Virus record (IMG/VR): IMGVR_UViG_3300012942_000124
Coordinates: 1 to 26,225 of that record
Source: a virus
Lineage: Duplodnaviria; Caudoviricetes
DNA length: 26,225 bases
Direction: 5' to 3' (one strand)
Part shown: positions 1 to 6,723 of the stretch, piece by piece
Position numbering within the stretch: position 1 is the first letter of the stretch
How the letters are laid out: each line of letters opens with the position of its first letter
Translations under genes and position numbers: made by a program
Notes under the pieces: generated by a model
What the model was told of the DNA's origin: nothing
What the model saw: only the letters and a program-made list of their open reading frames with translations
Databases searched by the model: none

Positions 1-1
1 G

Positions 2-247
2 GTCCGGATGAAACGCGAGCCGTTCCGTCAGGGCTCGCCGCCCCCCGACGAAAGCGTCGACGTCACGGCGCTGCTTGGCCTCGCTGATCTGGGGCCGCGC
101 AACTGCCGCTGGCCTCACGGCGACCCGCGCCGGCCTGACTTCGGCTTCTGCGGCCGGCCGATCGTCGACGGCAAGTCGATCCACGACGGCGAGCCTTATT
201 GCGCCGAGCACAAGCGACGGGCGGTCAATCGAGAGGCGCAGCGATGA
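2..247 (+). CDS. gcrA: GcrA-like cell-cycle regulator, C-terminal Zn-binding domain (probably 5'-truncated by the window edge)
   Basis: LADLGPRNCRWPHGDP...FGFCG...PYCAEH matches the GcrA C-terminal signature (CRWP.GDP...FCG...PYC..H). The frame is open back to position 2. Confidence 0.85.
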   Translation, partial: VRMKREPFRQGSPPPDESVDVTALLGLADLGPRNCRWPHGDPRRPDFGFCGRPIVDGKSIHDGEPYCAEHKRRAVNREAQR

Positions 248-483
248 CGCTCAATACCGATCCCATGACCATCGAGCAGAACGCCGAACTGATCGACTAC
301 CTGCTGGCGCAAATCACGCCGGACGCACCCGGAGTCTATCGCATTGCGACGCTCGATGAGCAGCAGATGCATGACCTCCGGGCTACGGCCGAGCGCCTGC
401 ATCGGCTGGCGCCACACGAGGCGGAGATCCGGAAGACCGTTGTCGCCAAACTGCGCGCGGAAAAGACGAGGACGAACAAATGA
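244..483 (+). CDS. hypothetical phage protein (79 aa)
   Basis: ATG at 244 overlaps the upstream TGA (ATGA); GAGG RBS at 233-236; its stop overlaps the next ATG. Confidence 0.7.
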   Translation: MTLNTDPMTIEQNAELIDYLLAQITPDAPGVYRIATLDEQQMHDLRATAERLHRLAPHEAEIRKTVVAKLRAEKTRTNK

Positions 484-1487
484 CAGACACGGCGATTTCG
501 GCGCGTGCACCGATCACGGCTATCATCGATCGCGCGGCCAAGGCGCTCACGAGTGCAACGACGGCGGCTGAAGTGCTGGAAGCCCGCGATATCGCGACGG
601 AGGCTTATGACGCCGCGAAGCGCATAGCGCGTTTCGTAAAGGCAAAGGAAGCCCATGACGAGGTGATTGCTGCCGTCTACCGCGCTCAGGCAGACGCGCT
701 GCTGATCGAGAGTCAAGCGAAAGCTCGCCTGGCCGATGAATACGACGCGGCGCAGGAGCGAGGAGAGGTTGCCGCTGTCGGCAAACCGATAAATGTTCCA
801 GGAGGGAACAATAAGCCGACGGCCGAAGACATCGGCCTCACCCGCAAGCAAATCCACGAGGCCCGCCAAATCCGCGACGCGGAAAAGGCTGCGCCTGGCA
901 TCGCTGAGAAGGCTTTGCAGGACCGGCTGGCAAAGGGCGAGGAGCCAACCCGTGCCGCACTTAAGCGAGATATCGGTGCTGTAGCCAAAAGCAAGCGCGA
1001 GGCTCGGCAAGCGGAGAACGCCCGAGGCCGTGAGGAAACTGCCGCGCAATTCAGCCCTGCGGTGCAGGAGCACCGCGCCCGTTCGGAAGAATACCGTGCC
1101 CGGGCGAAGGCGGAGAAGTCGAAGCCGACCGGTGATGCGGACGCCCTGAGGGCGGAGATCGAGGAAAAGGTCGAATACATCGCCTCGCTCGAGGCGGAGA
1201 ACGCTGACCTCAAGCGGCAGATCGCCAAGTTCGACGACATGGCTGTCCAATACGAGCAGGGCGGATTCGAGAAAGTCATTGCCGGGAAGGACGAAGAAAT
1301 TCGCGTCCTCGAAACCCGACTCTACTCGACCAACGCCGACATGATTTCGTGGAGAAAAAAGGCAGCGTGGGAGACCAAGGAAAAGCTTCGCTACAAGCAG
1401 GAAGCCGAGGCTAGAGGCTACAGCGACGCCGCCGGCGAGACCAACCCCGACAATGGTGAGGCGGTTGATGAATATACTGTTTTCTGA
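480..1487 (+). CDS. phage protein with a conserved N-terminal helical domain (ADALLIES.AK.RLADEYDAAQERGEVA...GLTRKQIHEAR..RDAE) and a C-terminal coiled coil
   Basis: 335-aa ORF coupled by an ATGA overlap. The N-terminal region resembles a domain recalled from alphaproteobacterial phage proteins that is often fused to DNA methyltransferases; no MTase motifs are seen here. Confidence 0.7.
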   Translation: MTDTAISARAPITAIIDRAAKALTSATTAAEVLEARDIATEAYDAAKRIARFVKAKEAHDEVIAAVYRAQADALLIESQAKARLADEYDAAQERGEVAAVGKPINVPGGNNKPTAEDIGLTRKQIHEARQIRDAEKAAPGIAEKALQDRLAKGEEPTRAALKRDIGAVAKSKREARQAENARGREETAAQFSPAVQEHRARSEEYRARAKAEKSKPTGDADALRAEIEEKVEYIASLEAENADLKRQIAKFDDMAVQYEQGGFEKVIAGKDEEIRVLETRLYSTNADMISWRKKAAWETKEKLRYKQEAEARGYSDAAGETNPDNGEAVDEYTVF

Positions 1488-3045
1488 GCCGCGTGCGCTT
1501 GAGCTTCGTCCCTACCAGGAAGACGCGATCGAGGCGCTGCGCCAAGGCATCCGCGAGCACAAGCGCCGGCAGATTCTGGTCGCCCCGACCGGCGCCGGCA
1601 AAACCATCATCGGCCTCAAGCTGATCGCAGAGTCGCAGCGCAAAGGCTCGCGGGCATGGTTCGTCGTGGACCGTGTCTCTCTGATCGACCAGACCAGCGC
1701 GGTGTTTTCGGATTACGGGATCGATCATGGCGTCATTCAGGCCGACCACTTTCTGACCGACTATTCCAGGCCGGTACAAATCGCCAGTGCGCAGACGCTG
1801 GCGCGGCGCCGCATTCGCGACCTTCCTGACCTGATCCTCTGGGATGAGGCGCATTGCTCGTACAAATCGGTCCTCGACCTGATTGGTCGCGCCGCCGAGG
1901 CGAAGGTGATCGGCCTCACGGCGACGCCATTTACTGCAGGCATGGCCGAGCAGTGGGACGGACTGGTCAACGTGACCACAGTCAACAAGTTGCTGGCCGA
2001 AGGGTATCTGTCGCCGCTGCGCATCAGGGCGTGCGTCTCGCCGGATATGGCCGGAGCCAAGAAGAAGTTCAATGGCGAGTACGAGGAGGAGGATGCCGGG
2101 TCGCGGGGCATCGTCATCATAGGCGATGTCGTGAAAACGTGGATCGAGCAGACCAGCAAGACTTTCGGCGGTCCGGTCAAGACCATCGTGTTCTCGCCGT
2201 CGGTGAAGCATGGCGCCGAACTCTGTCGCCAGTTTGCCGACGCGGGGTTCAATTTTCAGCAGATCAGCTACCTCGACAGCGACGATGGCGACCGGCGCGA
2301 CAAGATCGCCGAGTTCAGAAAGCCGGATAGCGCAATTGATGGGCTGGTATCTTGCGCGGTCCTGACGAAGGGCTTCGACGTCCCCGACGTGATGTGCGGC
2401 ATCTCCTGCCGCCCGTACCGGAAGTCGTTTTCGAGCCATATCCAGGAAATGGGCCGCGTCATGCGCATCCATCCTGGCAAGGAGTTCGGTCTTTGGCTGG
2501 ATCACTCAGGAAATAGCATCGCATTTGCCGAGGACACTGCGTGGCTGTTTCAATACGGCGTCGACAACCTGTCGTCGGCTGCGAAGAAGGACAGCGAGGT
2601 CCGCGAGCCGAAAGAAAAGGTACGCAAGGAGCGGTTCTGCGCCGAGTGCGGCACGCAGATGGAAGCTGGAAACCCGTGCTGTCCGGCATGCGGATGGGAG
2701 CGGCCGGAACGGGGCGAAATCCAGTTTGTGGAAGGCGAGCTCGTCGACTTCGACCTCACCATGGGACAGCAATTCGAGCCGCGTAAGGGACTGCGAGCCG
2801 AGTGCCTGAAAGACCCGAAGGCGATTTGGGTCGCGGCCTTGTCTTACACAACCACCTATTCGAGCAAGGGGCCAGAACACGCCCGCAAATGGGCTGCCGG
2901 TATCTGGAGGGGCATTTACGAGCGCTGGCCGCCACGCAGCTTCGACGGCATCCCTTGCGACCCCTCGCGGGTGACACCTGATCAGTATTCGTTGGTGGAG
3001 CGGGAAGTCCGTCGGTTCCGCAAGAACGCTGCGAGGGCCGTATGA
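1468..3045 (+). CDS. superfamily 2 DEAD/DEAH helicase (RadD/YejH-like) with a C-terminal Zn finger
   Basis: Q motif LRPYQ, Walker A APTGAGKT, DEAH, motif III TAT, TKGFDVP, motif VI QEMGRVMR, CAEC...CPAC. Start placed at ATG 1468 (GAGG at 1458-1461). Confidence 0.95.
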   Translation: MNILFSEPRALELRPYQEDAIEALRQGIREHKRRQILVAPTGAGKTIIGLKLIAESQRKGSRAWFVVDRVSLIDQTSAVFSDYGIDHGVIQADHFLTDYSRPVQIASAQTLARRRIRDLPDLILWDEAHCSYKSVLDLIGRAAEAKVIGLTATPFTAGMAEQWDGLVNVTTVNKLLAEGYLSPLRIRACVSPDMAGAKKKFNGEYEEEDAGSRGIVIIGDVVKTWIEQTSKTFGGPVKTIVFSPSVKHGAELCRQFADAGFNFQQISYLDSDDGDRRDKIAEFRKPDSAIDGLVSCAVLTKGFDVPDVMCGISCRPYRKSFSSHIQEMGRVMRIHPGKEFGLWLDHSGNSIAFAEDTAWLFQYGVDNLSSAAKKDSEVREPKEKVRKERFCAECGTQMEAGNPCCPACGWERPERGEIQFVEGELVDFDLTMGQQFEPRKGLRAECLKDPKAIWVAALSYTTTYSSKGPEHARKWAAGIWRGIYERWPPRSFDGIPCDPSRVTPDQYSLVEREVRRFRKNAARAV

Positions 3046-3275
3046 TCCCCAGCAACGACAATCACCAGCCTTGTGGCCACACGATCACGGTTGAACGCGG
3101 AGATGGTGACCTTCGTGACCTGTACCTGGCATGCCTGATGGAGGAGGGCATCCGCGACCCGATCAGGGCGGAGATATTCGGATCGAAAGACGAGGCATAT
3201 GACTTCGCCCGCGATCTGATGAAGTTCTATCCCCGCGCGCCATTCAAAGACCTGACCGAGGGTGGCGATCAGTGA
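3042..3275 (+). CDS. hypothetical protein (77 aa)
   Basis: ATGA overlap with the helicase stop and GTGA overlap with the primase start. Confidence 0.65.
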   Translation: MIPSNDNHQPCGHTITVERGDGDLRDLYLACLMEEGIRDPIRAEIFGSKDEAYDFARDLMKFYPRAPFKDLTEGGDQ

Positions 3276-4210
3276 CCCTCGACGAAGCCATCGCCCGCGC
3301 ATGCGCCGAGGTCGGCATCGAGCCGCCCCGCGGCCAGATCGCCATGCATCGGTGGATCGATACCGACGTGATCGGCAAGGGCGCGTCGGGCAAGGGCGAC
3401 GGCCGGCTGATCTGCGACGATCGCCGCGTCACGGCGTGGAACTGGGTCGAGGGCTCGAAGGCGACGGTATGGTTGGCCGGCCGCGAAAGCATATCGGCGG
3501 CCGATCGGCAGAAATATGCGCGCGAGGTTGCCGAGGCCGAGCGCAAGGCGCGGGACAGAGCCGACCGGGCGGCAAGCATCGCCGCGCAGATCGTTGCCGC
3601 TGCCACAGTAGGACGCCACGCTTATCTGGCGGCCAAGGGCTTCCCAGACGAGACTGCGCTTGTGATCGGCCGCGATAAGCTGGCCGGGATCCTCGAGGCG
3701 GCGAAGAAGAAGATCGACTCGCTGATTACCCCTGAGGGCTATGTCGGGCTGGTGGTTCCGGCGCGGCGGGGCTCCGCCATCACCTCGGTGCAACTGATAT
3801 GGGAAGACGGCGCCAAGAAGTTCCTGGCTGGGGGCGCCATGGAAGGCGCCACGCACCGGATCACCAAAGGTCGCGACGTATGGCTCTCCGAGGGGCTGGC
3901 GACAGGATTGTCCTTGCGCGCCGCCTTGCGGGGCCTGAGGCGCGCGGACACGGTGCTGATGTGCTTTTCCGCGTCCAACCTCGCCAAGGTGGCCGGCACG
4001 ATCTCCGGTCGCCGCTACATCGCTGCGGACCACGACAAGCCACTGGCGCAATTCGACGGCCTCGGGACCGGTGAGCACTTCGCCCGCAAGTCGGGGCTTC
4101 CGTACATCATGCCGCCCGAGGTCGGGCAGGACATCAACGATCTCCACCAGCGCGACGGCGTGTTCGCCGTGCAGCGGCTGATCAACGAGCTGATGCGGAG
4201 GGCGGCATAG
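3272..4210 (+). CDS. TOPRIM-domain DNA primase
   Basis: HAYLAAKG, SVQLIWEDGAKKFLAGG, TOPRIM acidic motifs SEGLATGLS and IAADHD, and GQDINDL; located next to the helicase. Confidence 0.9.
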   Translation: MTLDEAIARACAEVGIEPPRGQIAMHRWIDTDVIGKGASGKGDGRLICDDRRVTAWNWVEGSKATVWLAGRESISAADRQKYAREVAEAERKARDRADRAASIAAQIVAAATVGRHAYLAAKGFPDETALVIGRDKLAGILEAAKKKIDSLITPEGYVGLVVPARRGSAITSVQLIWEDGAKKFLAGGAMEGATHRITKGRDVWLSEGLATGLSLRAALRGLRRADTVLMCFSASNLAKVAGTISGRRYIAADHDKPLAQFDGLGTGEHFARKSGLPYIMPPEVGQDINDLHQRDGVFAVQRLINELMRRAA

Positions 4211-4332
4211 CCGCTGAACGAGTTTGGTTTGCTTCGGGACGTTCGCCTCAAAATGCCCGATCCGAGTGCCCGGCCTCAACAAGCGACGGGAAACAAAAAA
4301 TTCTGGTGCGAGCGTGACCCATAGCTCCCCAG

Positions 4333-4575
4333 GCCGTCACGGCAGCCGGGCAACCCCCGGAGCGGTACTGTGGCCGGATTGCCTTCAGGCCGGGATTGCA
4401 ACCCGGAACACGGTAGTTTGGCGGGGCCAGCCGCAATGAGTGGCCTCAACGCAACGGGCGGTGAACCTGCCCGGCCCCGAGAGGGGGAAAAGGAACTGAG
4501 TATGCGCGCCCGGGTCATGTCGGGCGTCCTCCTCGCTAGAGGCGTCTCAAGGGGTATCGGGCTCCCTGTGACGGC
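4333..4575 (+). other. large multibranched structured non-coding element downstream of primase (candidate ncRNA or replication origin)
   Basis: Long-range stem GCCGTCAC 4333-4340 / GTGACGGC 4568-4575 encloses at least seven shorter stems; no convincing ORF in 4211-4650. Confidence 0.55.
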
Positions 4576-4650
4576 AGAAAAGGGTTTGATCGAGAACTAA
4601 AGACGACTGCTTTGGTCGAGTATTGATTGAAACGGTGAAGGAGCTCTGGG

Positions 4651-5091
4651 ATGACGAAGATTACGGACGAGGAAATCCAGGCAAAGCGGACGAGGGCCGG
4701 CGGTTGGACGCGAGAGACGCTTGCCGAGTGGGGCGTTCCTTGGCCTCCGCCGAAGGGCTGGCGGAGGAGCCTTGTCGAGCACGGCGTTCCGTACGCAGGC
4801 CCAGCAACGACGGCTGACGGCCGCCCGGCCCCGACGGAGGCGATGCAACGCGATCTGGAAAAGATGATGGAGGCGAGCCGCCCGCAGGTGATCGACGGCG
4901 CGCCATTCGGCGTCGAAGGCCAACTGGACGTCGACCCCGCAAAGCTGCTGCGCAAGGTCGTGTCGGCGGTCATTTCAGCCGGGCACGCGGCCGATTTGTA
5001 CGAGTTTCCGGACGTGCTGGCGTTTTTCAACGCGCGGATGCCGGCGCCAGCCGAGATCGCCGATCACCGCGACCAACCGAGGCCAGATTGA
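4651..5091 (+). CDS. hypothetical phage protein with an RT..GGWTR..LA.WGV.WPPPKGW N-terminal domain
   Basis: AAGGAG RBS at 4638-4643; the Trp/Pro-rich N-terminal motif resembles a small conserved phage domain of unknown function. Confidence 0.75.
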   Translation: MTKITDEEIQAKRTRAGGWTRETLAEWGVPWPPPKGWRRSLVEHGVPYAGPATTADGRPAPTEAMQRDLEKMMEASRPQVIDGAPFGVEGQLDVDPAKLLRKVVSAVISAGHAADLYEFPDVLAFFNARMPAPAEIADHRDQPRPD

Positions 5092-5618
5092 AGCAAAGGC
5101 GAACGATGTCGAAACAGAAGGCGATGATGCACGGCATGGTGCCTGAGTTGGTGGGTGCCGACGTCGACAACCCGCACTACAGCCGGGCGCACTCCGAAAA
5201 CCTGACGAACCCGCGCAAGATCAGGGTGATGAAGAACGCTCGCGAGAGCGCAGTGGAGATGCTGTACGCCCGCGGCAAACTGGACGAGGCGCAAAAGGAA
5301 ACCGCCGACCGTTTTCGTCGGCTATGGGAGCGCTGCGGCGGCTCCGGCTCGGCGGCGATGGACTATACGCGCGAGGTAGTGGATGGCGGCCCGCCGCGTG
5401 ACCCGATCAGCGAGCGCCAAGTCGAGGCCGGTAGGGAGCTGGCGAGATGCCGGACGCTTCTCGGGGCACGGCTCTATTCGCTGGTATGCCGGGTCTGCGG
5501 AGAGGGGTGGGCGTTGAGTCAAATCTCTACAATGAAGCGAGACCGTCTTACGGTTGCCGACAATCTTAGAGACAGCCTCGATGATCTCGGCGAAATGTGG
5601 GGTATCATCAAGCGCTAA
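5088..5618 (+). CDS. putative late-gene antiterminator/activator (DUF6456, GafA/GafZ-like; occupies the lambda Q position)
   Basis: Motifs N.RES....L.ARG.L...Q...A.RFR.LWE, AMDY....VDGG, L...VC.EG and L...LD.L...WG. Lies immediately before a promoter-terminator pair and the late operon. The start may be a few codons downstream. Confidence 0.7.
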   Translation: MKQRRTMSKQKAMMHGMVPELVGADVDNPHYSRAHSENLTNPRKIRVMKNARESAVEMLYARGKLDEAQKETADRFRRLWERCGGSGSAAMDYTREVVDGGPPRDPISERQVEAGRELARCRTLLGARLYSLVCRVCGEGWALSQISTMKRDRLTVADNLRDSLDDLGEMWGIIKR

Positions 5619-5650
5619 GCGAACGGTGCTTGAAATCTGTTCGGCTCATA

Positions 5651-5680
5651 TTGACACTCGGTAACCGAATAAGGTAGTGA
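5651..5680 (+). promoter_or_regulatory. sigma70-type late promoter (pR'-like)
   Basis: Perfect -35 TTGACA at 5651-5656 and -10-like TAGTGA at 5675-5680; near-palindrome TCGGTAACCGA in the spacer. Confidence 0.7.
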
Positions 5681-5708
5681 TTCGTCATCGTCGAAATTCG
5701 CCCTTTAG

Positions 5709-5743
5709 AAGCCGCTCCATAATTCGGGCGGCTTTTTCGTTTT
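5709..5743 (+). terminator. intrinsic terminator just downstream of the late promoter (tR'-like)
   Basis: AAGCCGCTC-cataattc-GGGCGGCTT hairpin followed by TTTCGTTTT. Confidence 0.8.
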
Positions 5744-5817
5744 CGCGGGTAGGAGCGCCAGTGCGCTCACGAGACTCATACCCTCGCTCAGGCCGTGCAA
5801 CTCGGCGCCCGCAACCA
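5744..5817 (+). tRNA. degenerate initiator-like tRNA-Met(CAT), possibly a pseudo-tRNA
   Basis: CGCGGGT/GCCCGCA acceptor with C1:A72 mismatch, GAGC/GCTC D-stem, CTCATAC anticodon loop (CAT 5777-5779) and encoded CCA. However, the T-stem is only 4 bp with a TGCAACT loop, and the three consecutive G-C pairs of initiator anticodon stems are absent. Confidence 0.6.
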
Positions 5818-5822
5818 GTTAA

Positions 5823-5910
5823 GCCGCGACTGTAGAAGTTACCGCTGAGGCACACTCCGGCTGAGCCGGTGACGTAAGTGGGACGCCGTGCGACACGGCT
5901 AGCGGCACCA
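5823..5910 (+). ncRNA. tRNA-like RNA with acceptor stem, T-like arm and CCA but a non-canonical core
   Basis: 3' end GCCG-TGCGACA-CGGC-TAGCGGC-A-CCA; the 5' partner is GCCGCGA (5823) or ACCGCTG (5841); internal CCGGC-TGA-GCCGG hairpin; occupies a slot in the tRNA array. Confidence 0.45.
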
Positions 5911-5914
5911 GTTC

Positions 5915-6005
5915 GGATGGTTGGCCGAGTGGATTAAGGCAGCGGTCCTGAAAACCGAAGGCCGGGTTGACCGGTCCGTGGGTTCGAATCCTACCCTCTC
6001 CGCCA
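5915..6005 (+). tRNA. tRNA-Ser(TGA), with C33 and two acceptor-stem mismatches
   Basis: GCC/GGC D-stem, anticodon loop CCTGAAA (TGA 5949-5951), long variable arm, GTGGG-TTCGAAT-CCTAC T-arm, G73 and CCA. Confidence 0.85.
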
Positions 6006-6010
6006 GTTTC

Positions 6011-6087
6011 GCCGTCGTAGCTCAGTTGGCAGAGCAGAGCTCCTGTAAAGCTCAGGTCGCAGGTTCGAAGCCGTGCCGATGGCACCA
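6011..6087 (+). tRNA. tRNA-Thr(TGT), with C33 and a bulged T-stem
   Basis: GCCGTCG/CGATGGC acceptor, GCTC/GAGC D-stem, GAGCT-CCTGTAA-AGCTC anticodon arm (TGT 6044-6046), TTCGAAG T-loop and ACCA end. Confidence 0.88.
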
Positions 6088-6092
6088 AATAC

Positions 6093-6168
6093 GGGGAAAT
6101 AGCTCAGTTGGGAGAGCGCGCGCCCTGCAAGCGCGATGTCGCCGGTTCGATCCCGGTTTTCTCCACCA
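6093..6168 (+). tRNA. tRNA-Ala(TGC), with C33
   Basis: GGGGAAA/TTTCTCC acceptor with the G3:U70 alanine identity pair, CGCGC-CCTGCAA-GCGCG anticodon arm (TGC 6126-6128), GCCGG-TTCGATC-CCGGT T-arm and ACCA; 76 nt. Confidence 0.93.
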
Positions 6169-6170
6169 GT

Positions 6171-6283
6171 TTGAGACGCAGCACGGATGGACGTGCAACC
6201 GGAGATTGACGTAGGCCCCAGCGAAAGTTGGTTAAGCAGCGGGTCCGTGAACGCGGAGCAGGTATCAAGCCCTGCCGTCTCAA
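6171..6283 (+). ncRNA. tRNA-shaped RNA with an expanded central domain
   Basis: 8-bp terminal stem TTGAGACG/CGTCTCAA, D-like arm GCAC-GGATGGAC-GTGC, T-like arm GCAGG-TATCAAGC-CCTGC, and a ~60-nt middle containing a GAAA tetraloop hairpin; no encoded CCA. Confidence 0.55.
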
Positions 6284-6491
6284 TCCCTTTCACAGGTAAG
6301 TGCATTGAGCCACAGGGACGGCCGGCTGTCTTTGTCCGCTTTGCACTGTCAGCGCTCCCCGCGCCTGCGGATACGACCCGTAAATAGCCCTCGCCGGTCG
6401 GGAAGCTACGCCGCTGAAGCGTCATGAGACATCGCTGCTGGGCCGGTGTGCAAACTGCGGTAGCCCAGCGACCCCAAACATTGAGGCTGCC

Positions 6492-6719
6492 ATGAAGAAC
6501 CTGCGCTTCAAGCGCGTAATGCGCTTTGATGAAATCCAGCGCCATTTCCGGCTATTCCGCATCATGTGGGAGCGCGGAACGGTAGGCGACGGCCGAGGCT
6601 ATTCAGTCAAGCTCGCCGTCGGGCTCATGCCGAAGCTTTTCCATTGGGAAGATGGTCGGCTGACGGTACTCGGGCTCCGCGTCCATTACGAGCGCTCCTT
6701 CGGCGGCATCTTCGCCTGA
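6492..6719 (+). CDS. hypothetical protein (75 aa)
   Basis: GAGG RBS upstream; first ORF after the RNA array. Confidence 0.65.
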   Translation: MKNLRFKRVMRFDEIQRHFRLFRIMWERGTVGDGRGYSVKLAVGLMPKLFHWEDGRLTVLGLRVHYERSFGGIFA

Positions 6720-6723
6720 CGCC

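Noticed and set aside
3042-4210. SNDN near the N-terminus of the 3042 ORF and C-terminal RRAA of primase as tmRNA-tag-like degradation signals
   Set aside because: Too short to distinguish from chance without comparative data.
4224-4600. Short ORFs in the post-primase gap
   Set aside because: Non-ATG or weak starts and no motifs; the dense base-pairing explains the region better, although a small gene cannot be fully excluded.
5744-5817. tRNA-Met as a prophage attachment site
   Set aside because: Phage genes continue on both sides, there is no integrase, and no duplicated 3' fragment was seen in the window.
5915-6168. Calling the three tRNAs Phe(GAA), Tyr(GTA) and Cys(GCA) by assuming U33
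   Set aside because: The anticodon stems only pair with UGN centred in the 7-nt loop, and the bodies carry Ser, Thr and Ala identity features.
6171-6480. tmRNA or Y RNA (YrlA) assignment
   Set aside because: No G3:U70 acceptor with CCA and no tag ORF for tmRNA; no Ro/Rsr gene, and the ends sit at the acceptor-like stem, unlike YrlA.
5819-6545. ORFs overlapping the tRNA array (5819-6088, 5921-6214, 5991-6545, 6187-6387)
   Set aside because: They are translations through tRNA and structured RNA genes, with no RBS or protein-like features.
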